Shown in pieces: positions 25,091 through 38,458 of a stretch of 64,000 bases of DNA (position 1 is the first letter of the stretch; the number at the start of each line of letters is the position of its first letter). The notes under the pieces were generated by a model. The model ran no database searches and had not been told where the DNA came from. It saw only the letters and a program-made list of their open reading frames with translations. Origin of the DNA: Lingula anatina. Lineage: Eukaryota; Animalia; Brachiopoda. Location of the stretch: NCBI GenBank assembly GCA_051362555.1, contig CM120644.1, forward strand, positions 4,906,954 through 4,970,953, written 5' to 3'. Position numbers and translations under genes: made by a program.

Positions 25091-28000
25091 TACGGTGATT
25101 AAATCTCCATTCTATTGCTGTAATTATTGGAGGACCATTAACAAAATGCCATCTAACTATTGATAGATGACTTAGATGTTTACGGACATTTGCCCTGTTG
25201 TTAGAGCACATCCTGATTGTCAGTGGCAGTTCTAGAAGGGGTATTGAAGTTGATCATAAAATGAAGCTGTTTTGTAATAAACTGACCAGGGATTTAAAAA
25301 GAGGTGATCAGAATTAAAAATAAATAGGGACTTTATCTTATAGGTTTATTTGTTATAAGGTTGGAGAAAACAATTAGTTCCTTACAGCATAACGTACAGC
25401 TGATATTTGGAAATGTAGAACAGGAAGACAGAAAATGTAATTGAAGCATACAGTAGGTGGGAAGTCCAATCTTTTATTCTACACATATATGGTATTGTAG
25501 CTTAATAAAAGTTATCCATCTCAGGGCCCGGGGGTGGGGTGGGGGGGGTGGGGGTGGGGTTACAGATTAATATGTCCTGATCTGTTTGCCACGTTTTTAT
25601 CTTTTTGTGTATTTTCACGACCTAGTGCTAATGGATCTTTTCTGGGCCTATTAACACCTTATCCCTCAAGAAATATTATACGATAAGAGCTTTGTAATCA
25701 ATTTGTATTGATAAATTGTCCACAGTTTCCTTTCAAGGAGTTACATCCTATTTGCCAAGAACGTTAATCGTTAATTGACGAAAACACTCTCCGAGGCATG
25801 AAAAGATTATTTGCTACGCAGGCAATAGAGTGGGCTGGGGAAGTGAGAGAGAGGCCTTCACAGCTGAATTTGCACTCGAGAAAAACAACCCTGGATTCTT
25901 CTTGTGTGTGGAAAGCGCCTACGTGACTTGAACAAGTTGTTTTTGACTATGGTTTTACTCTTGGGTCACGTTTTCATCCATTTATTATTTATTATTTTCT
26001 TGCACTCATGATTGACCTTTGACCTCAGGTGTTTTTTTTCCGTTCGATTCCACATTTTTGTGCCTAATGTTTGCTATTCAGATTACTATCCAGGGGAATT
26101 TGTGGCACACTACATGCTGTGTTTACATGAAAACATGCTGAATTTCCCAAAGCAATAAGATGTTTGCTCAGAAATAATATTTTTTAGTGGTGTCTGTTTG
26201 GGTTGTAAGTATCTACACTACATATTGTATTGGCTTGTTCTCCTCTGTCTTGGACTAAAAAATGTTTTATTCATCCCAGCCTCGATCCATCTTGTTGAAC
26301 AACAAACTCCTAGATATTGTGTGGGGTGTTTACACAATACCACATAAAAAGCTGCTTAGCCTAGAAGACTAGGAATAAAAGACTTGGTTTGTTAATTTAT
26401 TGATTCTGTTTTATTCCATTCATTAAACATTATTGCATGTGTATTTTGTACTTAGCAGTGTAGTCAGTGAGGTTGTTTCTCATCCTCAGCACAGAAAAAA
26501 ATATCTATAAGGACTTAAGTTAGCTAAGTTGATTAGAATTTAAAGATCTGTGTGCTCAGTAGAAAACACTCTAAAAATATGCCGAGTTCAAAGCTAGTCA
26601 TTGACATGAAAATTACTTGATTTAAAAAGCGTGTTACCTCGTATTGCTTGAAGCAACATTGCTGATTGAAAGGTGCTCGTTGTTAACGTTAATCTGTGAG
26701 CAGAAGAGAAAGTCGATGAACAGAATTTTTAACCGCAGTGATGGTTGCCTTCCAAATGGGAATTATATTAGATTACCCTGTACTAACCAATAAAACCCCC
26801 GTTAGATACAGCCCTAGCAGCATAGATTATTTATTACGGTTATATTGCAGTCAGTAGTCTTGAACTACTACTACCACATCTCATCCTCGTATCTTGGAAC
26901 AAATATTCCCATGAATTCCAAATTATTCCGCGTGCCAAAATATATTTTAAAAAATCTAAAACCCAGAGGCCGAAATCCCAAATGTTGATAGCTATTTGCA
27001 TTGAAAATCTTATCTGCAGTTAATTTTTATCTTTTTTTTTTTTGCCTAACAAATTCTCTTACATCATTTCTTGATTACTATTTTTCAAGAAAATGGAAGT
27101 TGAAGAGGAACTGGCTTTGATGCTCAGTTTGTTACCGAGTTTTGCTAATGGAAACAAAATAAATAGAGGAAAATTGATTCAGTTTCTAGCTGATGCCTCA
27201 GTCTTGTAATCATGATGCTCAGTAGAGCATTCTGAAGTATGGCAAGAGGTTGCTTCTTTTCTCTTTCTTTTTTCACCATTTCAGTTCTGTTTTACAATTT
27301 TCACCATATTTTTCATCATATCCTGCAGATGTAATGACTTATTCTAAAAGAAGGTAACCTGTTTTGGTTTTCTGAATTCCATGGCATTTTTTGCAGATGT
27401 AATATTTTGGGTTAAGTGATCAAACAAAGATGTGGCGGTGATAGAAATGATAAGCTTAATGTCAGACTTGTACCAAGACCTCACTTCTTGCTGATCCTAG
27501 TTTTCTGAGACTAGACCATTAAGCTTATTTACAAGCTCTTTTTCTCCCACTGAAAAGGTCGTGTTTTTACCGTACTGTTGGGAGTAATTTGATGAGAATT
27601 GGCCTCCAGCTGCTTGCGTATCAGCTCCCTGTAAGACAAAAGCAAAGTAAAATTGACATGTTCAATAAACATGCTTGATAATTATTTTTTTCAAAAAAAT
27701 TTAAAGCAATCTGACAACTAATTGCATTCTATTCACATTGGTTTGATAAAAAAAATGATTGCTACATATAATCAACTAATCTTTGCAAATTGTATAAGCA
27801 TTAGCATTTTAACAAAAATATCATAAAACTTGGTTAAGAAAAAAAAAAAAAACTGGATTGTTTCACAGGCTGAAAAAATCCCATGCATTGTCCTGCTGTT
27901 AAGGAATTGTAAGCATGGAGGCTTCAATTTGTTCAAATGTGTTCAAATATATTTCCATTTCAAGAATTTTGGACTCAATTTTTTGAAGTTGATGATCAAT

Positions 28001-29173
28001 AAATCTTCATAAGCTTCGGCACGTACTTGAAACACTTCAGTACCTCTAAATCTGGTATTGTAAAGAGAGACAGGAACTCGTGGGATAATTGACATTTGCA
28101 GACAATTGGTATTTTGAATTGTTGAGTGATTACCATCTCAGGGCAATCAGTTTACTAAAGAGGCAATGGCCTCTCTGTTGCATGATATTTTTTTCTGTTA
28201 AATTTTTCCTCTATTTTTAGAAATGTCCAGATAAAAGCATATTGCTGCACTGGAAATTTGACATGGAATTTTAATTATTTGCCATTTCCCAAATGGTGGG
28301 GATTGTTATTGATCAGTTCTCATGAAATGAAGCAACCTGTTCCTTTGAAGTTGCTATCAAGATTATTTCATTTTTTCTTCCTATCATTTTTCTACAATGA
28401 ATTTCCATTGAAAAATGAAATCTATTCAAGCAGCTTAGCCCATGCAAAAATTTTCTATCATTTTGTTGCATTATGGGTAATCAGTAAAGGAATGATTACA
28501 GTTTGTCTTAATAAAATAAAGAATACAAGAGATTGTCCATAATAGACTATTTGAAGAGGAATAATCCAGCAAGGATTTGGCTTATAGACAGCCATTTATA
28601 TTGGATTCTAGATATGATTTGATGAGACAATTATTAAGTGATTCCATGTATTAAGGATGAGCTGGTAGATCAAAGGCAGTCGTCATATGACATAGCTAGA
28701 CTGAATTTTATTATACAAGACCTTGATGAAGGTGATTTAAGTGTTTCATTTCCAATGCAGTCTGGTTTAAATTAAATGGATAAGATGGTAAGAGGTAAAA
28801 CTTGAGAGAAATTGAAGGGAGTCTAATACAGTGATTTTATTATCTATGTCTTTCCTTCATGTTAAATGCAAATTTTAATTTCTGGCTCAAATTTTGTTGG
28901 TGCAGCAGCTGTAGTTTGTCTGTACATTGCTTTCCGCACAACAGTGGGAAATGAGTGAAACAGATCTGCACCCATCACAGTGACAGCGTATCATGGGAGA
29001 TATGAGGGCTTGATCATTTAACCTCTTTGGCAATTACTGAGTAATCTTCCATTGATCACAGCAAAAACTCGGTCAATTGTCAGTTGTTGACTTTTATGTC
29101 AGGACAGAAAAGTAGAACGGAGATCATGTGATGTTGCAGACATTACTCTGTCGTCTATTTTTATATGGTTGTT

Positions 29174-29305
29174 CAGGAGCGGATCCAGAGATATTTTCTG
29201 ACAGTATTCCAAATTATCTTTGTTGATCCATCCTCCATTTTTGATGGTCTTCCAACAGAAAAAAAATAGATACCTGTCACTGTAAACTTTAAAATCTTTA
29301 AAATC
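29174..29305 (-). mobile_element. Truncated inverted copy of the CAGGGGCGG MITE
   Basis: Reverse complement of about 29510-29634 (CAGGAGCGGATCCAGAGATATTTTCTGACAGT..CCAAATTATCTTTGTTGATCCATCCTC). Confidence 0.85.
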
Positions 29306-29467
29306 TTATTCCGTCCCTGGTTGATGTTGATGTTAAGGCCACAGAGAACAGTAAGTGGAGCCAGCTCATGTAACTCTTCTTTCTCTGCTTGCCCTCCCAT
29401 CAGAGCAAAGAATTTCATCAGCTGTGTTATCCACTCAAGAGTTACAATAATTATAGTTTCTTAAAAC

Positions 29468-29634
29468 CAGGGGCAGATTTAGGCAGTCTTCTGGGTCTTC
29501 CGGAAGACGGTCAGATTTTCAAGTTTACATGGACAGGTATCTAATTTTTTCTGTCAGAAGACGGTCAAAAATGAGGATGGATCAACAAAGATAATTTGGA
29601 AGACTGTCAGAAAATATCTCTGGATCCGCCCCTG
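29468..29634 (+). mobile_element. MITE with CAGGGGC...GCCCCTG ends and 5-bp TSD AAAAC
   Basis: Imperfect TIRs CAGGGGCAGATTTAG / CTGGATCCGCCCCTG, with AAAAC at 29463-29467 and 29635-29639. Three copies occur in the window. Confidence 0.85.
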
Positions 29635-29905
29635 AAAACAGCAGCTATATTAACACATTACCATTCCAATACTGATGTGTCTAAAGCAAAATTTAATCTA
29701 AAAATATGAATAAAAATATTTGAGTGGTAACATCTCTGAGTCTTGCTGTTATTTGAAGAAAATATTATCTTAACTTTAACTCTGAGCTATTTTGATATCT
29801 TCTCTTTTTATGATATGCACTAGAGCCAGATAATTTTTTTTTTTTTTTTTTTGGCAAATATTGCAAACTTCTGATTTAGATTAAAACTGAGGATTGTAAG
29901 AATGA

Positions 29906-29952
<47 letters not shown>
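29906..29952. repeat. (AAT)n microsatellite
   Basis: Direct reading. Confidence 0.95.
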
Positions 29953-29953
<1 letters not shown>

Positions 29954-30496
29954 CGAAAAGATAATTTTGATGAAATATATTGAACACTCCCTCAGATTTG
30001 AGTAAAATGGGTGACAGCTTGTTTCACATCACTGCCTTTTCTTTCTTCAATTGACAGACAAACTAATATCCTTTAAAAAAATCAAGCTCGACCATACACA
30101 CGAGCATTTACAATTATAACATATGAATATTGGAAACCCGTAGCCATAAATCCTCTAGGGGCAATGGGAACATTTTGAACCATGGAATCAATAATGATGT
30201 GACTCCAATGTCAGCCATTGGCTGGCATAGACCAGCAACTCTAATGGCGTGTGTCAAACTTCATTCTCTTACAGTTGGTGCCATTCAACTGAGCCCCAAT
30301 GGAGAGGACACCAAGTTTTCTACAGTCCATAAAAGCAAAATATGCCAATATGTAAATATGTACTTTATTTTGGATTTATGAGGCATAGGACATCTTTTGT
30401 CTTTTTTTGCCTTTTAGTCTCTCTCTCTCTCATGACAAAGAACCTAGCTTAATTACTCCCATAGATATCAGGCCTAGTCAGGCATCTTAGGGCACC

Positions 30497-30598
30497 TTCT
30501 CTCTCTCTTTCTCTTGATTTCTCTTTCTCTCTCTCCTTTTTCTCTCTCTTTCTCTCTCTTTCTTCCTCCCTCTTTCTCTCTCTCTCTCCCCCCCTCTC
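30497..30598. repeat. Imperfect (CT)n polypyrimidine tract
   Basis: Direct reading. Confidence 0.85.
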
Positions 30599-30624
30599 AT
30601 GACAAAGTTCCTTCCTGCCATAGA

Positions 30625-32307
30625 CAGTGTATGAAATTCAAGAAAATTACTAGCCAGACCACCGGGCAGGTAACTCTGAAAAGTTACCAGCCCGGCCATG
30701 TAGTTACCTGCCCTATTTATGATAACCCCTAGAGTTAAGAGAGGTATGCTGAGGGGGTCTAGAATGCATTCTTGGGAGAGTAATTTGGAAATGAAAGGAC
30801 AATATCATGCCTTATGCATGGAAATTTAGAAATTGTTTGGAATTTCTACTGAATGATACCTTGTCAGTGTTGGATTTAGAGGGGGTCAAGGGGCTCCTGA
30901 CGCCCCCCTTTTAATTTCTGTAAAAAAAACTCACCTCTTGAAATAAGATTTTCACTAGTTGAATCATAGTTCTAAACCATACCAAATGGCACCATTCACC
31001 ATCTAAAATACCAAAAATTTTCAGGGCCCTTTAGCAGTCGGGGGAGGGCGGGGGTAGTCAATTCAGTTTATGTTCACCTTGCAGGCTGTCTCATTTCTTC
31101 GTCAATAATTTATTCATAACTTTTATTCCGATTTCGTGATATAATTTGATCATATTTTTTGCTTTTTTGTATAGCAACAAGTATGACCAAAAATATATAT
31201 ATTGTTGTCAAATAAATCGATCTCTGTGCTAACAATAAAGAAGAAAAAATTTAGCACGTAGGGTCCCTTTGAATATCGCTTTTAAGCTTTAAAAAGCGGT
31301 CGGGAACGGTCCTGCACGCTAATGGCCCATAGACAGTCCTGCAGGGCCCCGTATCTCGAAAGCATTGCTTATTGAGAATAGCTATATATATCACATAGAG
31401 GCTACAATATCATTTTTATATGGGGCGAGTATGGACGAGTTATTGGATCGAGATGCTTGCGCTCGGTCGCAATGCGTGATACTTTCGAGTTACGGTTTTA
31501 CGAAAAAAATGTTGCCGCTCGACTAATTGCAAATCGAAGTCACCTTTCCATTGGTCCCAATTTGTTCTCTTTCGTTTGGTTCTGTCGTAATCTTTGTTAG
31601 TTTTATTTCTTTCCTCAATTGTTTTTCTTTTGTGAACTTCTCTATCGGACTAGATAGAATTTTTTCATTTTTGACAGCCCAAGATGAAAGCACGTGGGAA
31701 AAGAACTACATCTGATGCACGGCGTAAACTCGTACGTTCACTCATAATTTTGGGATTCAAATTTTTTGTAAAACTCTCCTTTTATTTGCCTCCATTGCCT
31801 TTATTACTGTTGATTATAAGAACTTCATGTACCTATAAGTCGATTTAATCAATATCATAACTTTTTATACTTTCACATTTTTATTACTCTCAACCTACAA
31901 ATTGCTACTCGCGGTATCTCCTCTACACAAAACAATGACGTAACGTTATCTGCTGTGCACTGAAGCTGGTTAAGAACATTGTGCCTCGTTTCAAATTGTC
32001 TTTCAACTTCATATCACACAGACAGAACTTCGAAAACGAGGCCACTGAGAGGGAGACTGTTGGTTACATTTCGATACGAGCGTTCGATTGCAAGCTATGG
32101 TTAGTTCTTTGCTTCTATGAAAGTGGGTGAAAACAGTGAGTTTATTTGATATTTTGCTGAAATCGCTTGTGAACATAGACAAAATAAAAGGTGAAAATAG
32201 GCTGTAAAAACAGCCAGCCCGTCGGGCGGGTAATCTGCAAATCTTACCCGCCCGGCCTGAAAGTTACCAGCCTCGGGCTGGCGGGCAGGCGGCCATTTCA
32301 TACACTG
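30625..32307. mobile_element. 1.68-kb non-autonomous/composite DNA transposon with CAG...CTG termini and 7-bp TSD CCATAGA
   Basis: 13-bp TIRs CAGTGTATGAAAT / ATTTCATACACTG, CCATAGA at 30618-30624 and 32308-32314, and subterminal GC-rich motifs (AAAGTTACCAGCC, GGGCRGGTAA) near both ends. No transposase ORF. Confidence 0.8.
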
Positions 32308-34530
32308 CCATAGACCTCTGGTCCTAGTCAAGTATTTAACTGATTGCCTCAGAAGACAGGCGTTAGGCTTATATTCTATAATAAATAACCCACAGTCTGA
32401 AGAGAACTTTTGATAAATTGCATACAATAGACCAGTGAAAAATGAATAAATGTTGGTTATTTATAAATCAAGTAGGTGATTTATTATCTAGAATGATCTG
32501 CCTACAGACTTCACGGCATCAGAAAAATCATCAGTGACTGGTAATTTGTGACAGTAATCTAGCCGAGATGATATTGTCAGTCGAGAGAATCACATGCTTT
32601 GTGCTGCTTCAGTAGTGTCACGCCATAACACACTTTGCGATAACTTGCCATAAACTAACACTAGGAGTACACCAGGACTAATAAGAGTATTATTTAGTGC
32701 CTCCATCATTAATCCTGACAGAGATCAAGGCTATATGTGGGTAATGGTTGAAAGCAATAAAAAAAAAAGCGTGCATAATTTTTTATATGTTATTGTCAGC
32801 CTTAATACTTTGAAACCTGGTGGTATATGCTGTCAGTTGTAGGCTGGTATATGTCTATAGATTTCAGCATGAGTTATGTTTAATATAAGTTTGGTGAGGG
32901 AATTTTAAGTTGATTCACACACAGACTGGATATGTACTAATCCCACTTTGTATCACGCAAATGGGAGAGGAAAATAAGTTTTTGATTAATTATAACAGAG
33001 ACAGAAAATTGCTGATCATCTTGAACCCTCTTCTTAATAGATGGCTGTCAGTATTTTATGAGCCAGCCATTGAAAATGTGTCAAGGAATTTAATCCATGC
33101 AGTTATGAATTGATTATTGTAGGGGGAGACGTTAATCAAACTGTATCACGCTTGGTGTTTGAGCATTATATTTACACTACATATAATCGCTATTATATAT
33201 AATGGGCTTCGATCACACTATGGGGTAGCTAGAAGAGCTTTGCCGTCCAGGGGTTCAGTCATAATCTGCAATGACCTTGAGGGAACTTTGCGGCTAGATA
33301 ACTTTCATTGGTCAGTCTGAAAGGTGCAAAGTGCAGTGGTTTATCAAATTTATCTGAATGGTCAGAACTGGTCAGTTTACCCCAATTTTGGACCATCTGC
33401 AGGGGGTAATGGGTGAATTATCTAATTTGGCTCCAACTGGCATTAATAGGACTTTTTTGGCCAGATGTTAAGGATGAATTACTTCAGCCAAAGGAAATGA
33501 AACATTGGATTGTTTCATTGTCATACACCGTTTCATCATCAAGTTGGTGAAAAAATTATGAATTTCTGTGTACTAATGAGGCCAAACGCTGACACTTATG
33601 TTAACCAGTAGTATCAGTTATTAGACTTTGCTGCATATATGCATCTGGAATCTGGATGGTGCAATGCATCGCACCAGAGGCAAATGTGTAGGCACATATG
33701 AAGTTGGCAAATTGTCTACAGACTGATATCCATCATTTGTATATATATATATAGAAACCTTGGTTCACATTTATCAGTAAATGTGTATATAGAACAAAGT
33801 AGACATTCATCAGTAAAATACATATATATATCTAGAGAGAGAGAGCAATACACAGGCTGGAGTCTGCAATGGATAAGACTGAGGCTGAGTAAATAGACAG
33901 ATAAGGGTGGTCTGAGAGTTTTTGGGATAACGTTACCTACCGTCTGCACTAGAAGTAGCCATGCCTATTTAATATGAAGACTGGCTGTTGATTTCATTAC
34001 CCTGTGCATAGACTGGTTCTTTGGACTATTCAATGTCAGAAGGCCCACTAATGGCATAAATGGAAATGTTTTATAAGGATGCAATGGAACAGGCAATCTT
34101 GAACAACTGGCAGTCTACCAGTGAGCACAAGTGAGCACTACTTTCAAATTGTCAGAAAAAAATATTTTCTCAGAAAGTTTCGGGTCTGAGTATGATTATT
34201 TTTTTGGTACGTGTGCAGTTTCTGGAATAAGTCTACTCAATTCTTACAAGGCAGTAATTTTTTTATTGGCTGTGTGGGATAATTCTGATGGTGTCATAAG
34301 TGGTGCCAAGTTACTACTAACATAGCAATTTTCAGGAGTACAATCCCTGCAGGAGGCAGTTTTTTTCTCCCACATCTAAATAGTGTAATCCAGATGTGTG
34401 TACTTAAAATGCTACCATATTATATAAGTGATTTTTTTTTTTTTTTTTTTGCTTTTTTCTTGAAAGCAGAGATGCCTCTTCCTGTGGCAGTTTTACATAA
34501 GATCATAAATCAACGGATTTCAGCCAGTTG

Positions 34531-34544
34531 GTTGTCATGGCAAC
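34531..34544. promoter_or_regulatory. RFX X-box-like site GTTGTCATGGCAAC
   Basis: One mismatch from the palindromic X-box GTTGCCATGGCAAC. Confidence 0.35.
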
Positions 34545-37500
34545 TTGTGTAATTCTTGCACTGTACGGGATAACCTGGAAAAGACTTATTTGTTAGGGGG
34601 TTCTATCTCACTAACTCCAATTCTTATATCTGGCACTTTTGTCCTGTCTTATCATTTGGTAAAGATAAAAAAAAGAAAAGAGTTTGTCGGGATAAGTTAC
34701 GGAAGAGAAGGCCACATCCCGCAGACTGATCTGACAGATTGTAATACTTAGACCCAGGAAAGGATTTCATTTTAGTTTCCTGGTTGATAATTCAGCAGTA
34801 TCTTTGCAGATAATTTTACCAATTAATGGGTGATTTTTCTTATTCTCTGGATATTGGATCTTCATTAAAATGTACTGTTCCTGAAACCTGATTTTTCTGG
34901 GTGCACACAGAGACGTCTGCTCTAGGCACAATATCAAAAATCCAGCCAGTCATTTTTAGCATACATTAGGAGTCATGTTCAAGGAGCATCATTTTTTATT
35001 CTGCAGCCGGATGATTCTGCATGAACACAATTCCAACCCCCATCATACACAGGGGACCGATATTCATTCAAGCGCATTCACTTTTGGAGGGTAGAATGCA
35101 GCCTCAATAGGCACACAGTTTAACTAGGCCTTCCAGACCCGTGCCTCTTACTTTCAGCCCTAATTCTGTTTTGTTAACGTTACATCATATTTGAAGATTT
35201 TCTGGGTCAAGGTGAACCCTTGATACAAGAGGAGACTCCAGGGTGCCAGCTGCAGCTTATCTCCTGAACTTGTGTAGACATATATATAAAGAGTGAAAGA
35301 TTGTGCGGTCTGAATCTTACCACAGGGAGTAAGCTATTCAACACAGGTATTTTATGTGGTGAGATTTAGCACAGCTACAACTACTTCAGAATTGACTGTA
35401 TCTTTTTTATCTTCACACACAAAAAAAGGAAAATCCTGGATTTATTAGTTCCGTCATTAAGGCAAGGCAGTCATCGCGAGATCATAACTACAGTGTTTTA
35501 ATTGCAGCATCAAATGAGGGAAAAACTCAGGTGGTGATCGGATAGCGTGACCTCTGTTGACATGAGAGGTTCCTGTACGCTTTAAATCCTGCGTGTCCTC
35601 ATCAGACTAGGGTCATTATATCTGGGGACCGGAGCAGAAAGAGGGTACAGTAAGCACAGGTAGAGATGCAAACCCTGGGTGAGGCATTGAGGAGAGTTAG
35701 AAGATTATAGATAATAGGATCTGTCTGCCTTTCATATATATTGTATAGAGGAACAGTTTACGGTCATAGTCATGAGGGATCCATGTCTTGGTGATATTGT
35801 AAAGAATAATTGATGTATCCTGTGTATTGACGTGTAGGCGTTAATGCATGTTGCAGTATTGGATGGACAGATCAACAACTGCAGAATTCATAGATTTTTA
35901 CGACGAGATAAACAAACCATTGGTGTTCGATCATCTGTTTTGAGCATGAAACAAAAACTATGATTTTTTCATGTATCAAATGGACATGTGTGACTTTGTT
36001 TCATTATCAAAAAATCACAATTGGACATTTTTGAACTTTGGGCCTTGATAAAACCAGTAGTGAGCTTCTGTTTTTGTACACAGTCGGGTGTACTTTGTGC
36101 TTGAACAATCAGATGCATATGTGCATGTTCTTAAACCAGTGGTGCAGCGCTGACTTTACATGTATTGGAGTTGAAACTCCGGGCCCCGGCTACATACTTA
36201 TTTTCAAGAGATATATACGTATATCATTGGTAACAGTTCACCATGTACATGATCGTGTTATTGTCGCAGAATGATATCTGTGGGTGAAGTGAGGGTGACA
36301 TTTACAGAGGCACAGTGACAACAGCGGGAAGGGAGGCGTCTTCATGCAATATCATTGGTGCTGCATGTTTGAATATAAATACCAGTGATCATTTCAACGG
36401 AGGATGTTTTCCTGAGAAATCCCGGTGACTACCAGCAGAGTTTGTAGAACAGACTCACTATAAGGCAGCCTTACTAGGTTCCACGGTCTGACTGGTGGTC
36501 AATTTTTAACGTTCTACTGCGTATGGAATATGTACATGTTTTTACACTGTCGGATTTTTTATTTTTGTGCAGTGAGTTTGAGTGTCTATGCACTGGTGGT
36601 AAATGTCCCGCAGAGGCAATTACGACTGTAATTACCAATAGATAATTGGACATTTAGCTGCCGCATGGACTATTTAATCTAAAGAAATTGCCTTAGGTGG
36701 CAAGATAGCGAAAAAGCTGGAACAATGATTTTGAAATTTTAATGTTTGTAATGTCACTGTCTGAAATTCTTTTCCTGCTTTAGAGCAGTTATGAAGTGCT
36801 AAAATTCAGTATGTTTCTGAAATAGTTGAAGAATATCAAGGTAGGGTTTTTGAATGAAAAAAAAAAAAAAAAAAACAAACCTAAAGCAAGAACGGGATGT
36901 TTGAAACCAAATGATATCATGGTATGACAGAGATGCTAACCATGCTGTCTAAAACCATTATTAACTGAGGTTCAAAGATGCGATGAGCTATCAGTTGTAT
37001 TATATAAAGCTGGTGGCACTGGGGTATTATCAGCTGTTTTAAACAACGCCAACGTCACCGTTGCAGTGATACAGTATAACGCAAGGGGCTGTGGTTTTCC
37101 ATGAGGTAAAACGTGTACTGTATCAAACAGCATGCAAGTTGTGTAACCATGCATTGCTGCAGAACAGTCGTGATTTTAATTTTGTTCAGAAACCTTCCTA
37201 CTGCTGCAGTGAGTATTAACTAAACGTCAGGATAGTTCTGCCAGGCAGAAGATACTTTGCAATACATCATTCAGATTTTCACAATTTCGGAGGAATATTA
37301 TTGAGAATTCTGTGATACATTATTTCATAACGTGTCATTTACTAGACCACGCATTGGCAATTGCGGTTAACAGTGAGGGTTTCAAGACCTGTCACCCAAG
37401 GAGATTTCGGCACTTGGTGTAACACTCAGTTTTAAGCAACTTTAAAGATAAGGATAACAGTGTTGCCACTTGCTGTGGTGTCAGAAACATTAAAATGTCA

Positions 37501-37572
37501 GAGTCTAATTATAATTCACCGCGCTCAGTTCAAGTAGAGCCTGTTGTGTACAAACAGCGCACTTGGAGCGTC

Positions 37573-37629
37573 ATGGATCCGATACATGAGCACCACGAGG
37601 CGGAGCATCATGACGGGAACAGACCGGAG
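37573..37629 (+). CDS. Candidate alternative first coding exon D (MDPIHEHHEAEHHDGNRPE), phase-0 donor
   Basis: GTCATGG strong start context, 19 GC-rich codons, strong donor GAG|GTAAGA at 37629/37630, and Inr-like TCAGTT at 37525. Confidence 0.8.
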
Positions 37630-37669
37630 GTAAGAACGCCATTTTGAAAATCTTCGACCTTTTTTTCTC

Positions 37670-37862
37670 CATTATTGCAAATTTCATTCACTATCATAGG
37701 GTACTGGTAAGCATTGATAAATGTTCAAAATTGCAACCCTTGAAGGGTTAGAAAAATAAGGATATTTTGCTTCGATTATTGCAAATTTCACTAGATTAGG
37801 ATATGCAGTGGTGAATATTCATAATTGCAGCCTTTGAAGGGTTAGAAAAATACGAAAATTTA
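37670..37862. repeat. Degenerate tandem duplication of about 100 bp
   Basis: ATTATTGCAAATTTCA and AATTGCARCCYTTGAAGGGTTAGAAAAATA each occur twice. Confidence 0.7.
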
Positions 37863-38458
37863 TCTTCTCTTCATGGGATCTATAATTATTTCATAGAGTA
37901 GTCAACAGTATTCCCAGGGAACACTGTAATGGAAGATATACTGCATTTGTTGGTATCATTCTGAATTGGTAATTCTTCCAAGAGGAATTGAAATGAAATG
38001 GTTGCCTTAAATTTATGTAGATTAAAGACATCTATTTGAAATCAAATTAACATAGTCATATTTCAATCTATTTCTAGATTTACAATATTTGTCAGTAAGT
38101 GATCACTTAAGTTGGTCATTTTTTCTCTCTTCAGTAATGACAAGCTATAATGTATTTGAACTCTACATACTAGCAATTATATTTGGAAGTAAAGGTTAAA
38201 GCTAGTTGTGTATCAAAATAGCTATTTACCTTAAAATACAACATACTCTTTATTGCTACTTGAAAATAGTTGTAAAATAGAATGAGACTTCATATGAGGG
38301 TTGACTTGAAGTGAAGCTTTTATTTGATGTGGCAAGTTTTGAAAACATTAACATACCAGTATTAGTATATGCAAATCTGTTAGTTAACATGGTTTGTCCA
38401 TATCTTTCCATATACCTGTATGTTAAATACAAAAAAAAAAAAAAAAGACACCTGACGT

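Noticed and set aside
27093-27209. Protein-looking short ORF MEVEEELALMLSLL...
   Set aside because: It ends in a stop with no convincing phase-0 donor, so it is probably chance.
30487-30732. ER-rich and SL-rich ORFs
   Set aside because: Translations of the (CT)n tract and the transposon end.
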